Source: Somniosus microcephalus (lineage: Eukaryota). From it: a stretch of DNA of 64,000 nucleotides. The position numbers were made by a program, and so were the translations under genes. Below the pieces are notes generated by a model, which saw only the letters and a list, made by a program, of their open reading frames with translations, was not told where the DNA came from and did no database searches. The first letter of the stretch is position 1; each line of letters starts with the position of its first letter. Positions 62,016 to 64,000 of this stretch are shown here, one piece after another. The stretch spans positions 25,420,001-25,484,000 of the forward strand of contig CM126232.1 in the NCBI GenBank assembly GCA_052327205.1, in the 5' to 3' direction.

Positions 62016-62972
62016 TCCCTTGGCCTGTAAATTAACTGACGCTATGCTTTCCCAGTTTTGCAGGTGTAAAATGGGCGCCTTATCATCCAATATGGCAGGT
62101 AGCATGCGCGCACAAATTCCACGCCAGAAGTGCGCCATCCAGCGTATCGGTGAACGCCCCAGTATAGGTGTCCAGGGCCCGCTCCTGAAATGAGCATTAG
62201 GCCCTCTGCATGCAAATAAGGACCCAACGCCCGCTTGAGACCGCCCCCCCCCTTCCCGAAATCGGGCTGCCCTGATCGCAGCTGGCACCAGCTATTTAAT
62301 AAGCATCGACCCAAATCTTTTGTCGTTTGGCTACAAACCCCTCTCGTCTTAATGTAGCTGAAGTTAAACTTTAATACAGCACCACGGTTTAAAAACATAT
62401 TTCTGTTGCATACATGAAGCTGTAAGTTAATTGCCGAAAATGGCAAGGCAATGACTAGTCGTGGCAACAATTAAGGCATAAATTAATCAGAATCTTATTA
62501 CCAGGAAGAGTAACAGAATAGCGGAGATTGTGTTTTGAGGGTGTAACTCCAACTCATTCTTGGGCCGTGACTGTACACACAGCGGCCAAGATTCAGTTTA
62601 GCACATCACGTCATTGTGGAAACCCCACAAGAGTAATGCCCTGGCAGCCACTGATGTCCTCCGTAGAAAATGTGCTCACCAGGCTGGCCATGTTGGCTCC
62701 CTGCCCTCTGACCCGCTTCTTGTTTTGACAAGTGGGAGAGTGCTATGATGGACCAGGAGCCACATCCTGAAGTACTGCTTTACCTCGGCTCCGAAAAATG
62801 CCTTTATTAACCACTCTCCCTGATTAAACTATGCATAGCAGCTGCAAAGCAACTGCACAGTGTAAATTAACAGCATGGTGTGGCGTGACATTGAAGTGTT
62901 TCTTTGTCACAGTCACGACCCAAGAATGAATTCCGCCCTTCAACACATTCTCAGCTCTTCTATTATTCTTCC

Positions 62973-63104
62973 AGTTCTGACGAAAGGTCATCGATCTGAA
63001 ACATTGACTCTATTTCTCTCTCCACTGATGCTGCCTGGCCTGCTGAGTTTTTCCAGCGTTTCCTGTTGTTATTTTGGATTTCCAGCATCCGCAGTATTTT
63101 GCTA
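62973..63104 (+). mobile_element. Solo 132-bp Penelope pLTR/hammerhead unit with its own TSD
   Basis: 15-bp direct repeat ttctattattcttcc (62958-72, 63105-19); CTGACGA..GAAAC core. Confidence 0.85.
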
Positions 63105-63199
63105 TTCTATTATTCTTCCTGTTAGGAAGATTCTATCTGAATTATGCCGTTAGTGTTGTCACTACCAGTTATTGCCTTGATGTTTTAAGCTATTAATTT

Positions 63200-63393
63200 G
63201 CATGGATATACTTGCCTTAGAGGTGGTGCAACAAAGGTTCAGTCGATTGATTCCTGGGATGAGAGGGCTGTCCTAATGCGGAGAGATTGAGTAGATTGGG
63301 CCGATACTCTCTGGAGTTTAGAAGAATGAGAGGTGAACTCATTGAAACATACAAGATTCTGAGGGGGATTGACAGGGTAGATGCCGAGAGGTT
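63200..63393 (+). mobile_element. CR1 fragment, interrupted by TIR element
   Basis: ggagtttagaagaatgagaggtga..gaaacatacaagattctgagggg. Confidence 0.8.
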
Positions 63394-64000
63394 GGGCTAG
63401 ATTTTCAGTGTGCCGTGAGGCGGGCTTTCAGGCGTGCGGGGGGGGCAAAAATCCCAAATCTGGGGGTCCCGACACCATCCCGCCCAAAACCCGCCTCCAC
63501 GTAAGTTTCAGAGGAGGCGGGTACCCGCCCCGCACTGGGACCCGCCGACCCGAGGCGGGAAGGGATTAGTGCCAATTAAGTGCCTGTTAACAGGTAGTTA
63601 ACAGGCAGTTTTTAGCCTAATCCCTATTTTGAGGGGTGTCGTGTGGGATTCCCGACGGCTCCAAACCACGCCAGGTTAGAGCAGGCGGGCCGTCGGGTTG
63701 AAGGACTTGGAGGGGTCGCGATGTCGGTGTTCAGGTGAGTGATGGGTGCATGAGTGCAAAGGTAAGTGTGTCTAAAGTGTGTAAAGAAGTTTAAATTACT
63801 TGTACTTACCTTAACAGCCTTTCTAGGCGTCGGGAGTCCATCACTCAGCCGGAACTGAAAGCTGAACGGCTGCGATCTGTCAAAAGTGACAGCCTTCCGC
63901 TGTCAGTGCCGGTGACAGTTCTAACTGAGTCTGCGTAGAAGGACTCAGGTTAGAAGTCAGTCTGACAGTGTTTGACAGCTTCAAACAGCTGTGAAACACT
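63394..64000. mobile_element. Second copy of the 11419-12252 Harbinger-like element, cut by window edge
   Basis: gggctagattttca start; colinear internal hairpins and splice motifs. Confidence 0.85.

Noticed and set aside
60640-62900. ANGPTL-like first exon on +
   Set aside because: Short ORFs lack a signal peptide and the GLLQLG-type coiled-coil motif; several derive from L2.

Overview
Eukaryotic genomic DNA, almost certainly from a cartilaginous fish (shark-type HE1/V-SINE, SacSINE1-like DeuSINEs, CR1/L2 LINEs). The whole window is the middle of one minus-strand gene, a DOCK-C family GEF best matching DOCK6. I traced 28 GT-AG exons (58159 down to 1458; 3781 nt, phase-consistent) from the DHR-1/C2 domain into DHR-2; the gene's 5' and 3' ends lie outside the window. 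Introns are packed with LINE/SINE fragments, three classes of non-autonomous DNA transposons, several minisatellites and a Penelope-like GIY-YIG fragment. Most notable: (1) a compensating +1/-1 frameshift pair in the first DHR-1 exon (real or assembly error); (2) a Penelope insertion with 15-bp TSD, twin-priming-like inversion and an intact minimal hammerhead ribozyme, plus short solo hammerhead units, one with its own 15-bp TSD; (3) a TIR element carrying a conserved mini-intron; (4) inverted MITEs bracketing an in-frame exon; (5) the start of the intron that hosts ANGPTL8/ANGPTL3 in mammals. Protein and repeat names come from my recall of known sequences, not a database search; repeat boundaries are approximate unless a TSD is given.
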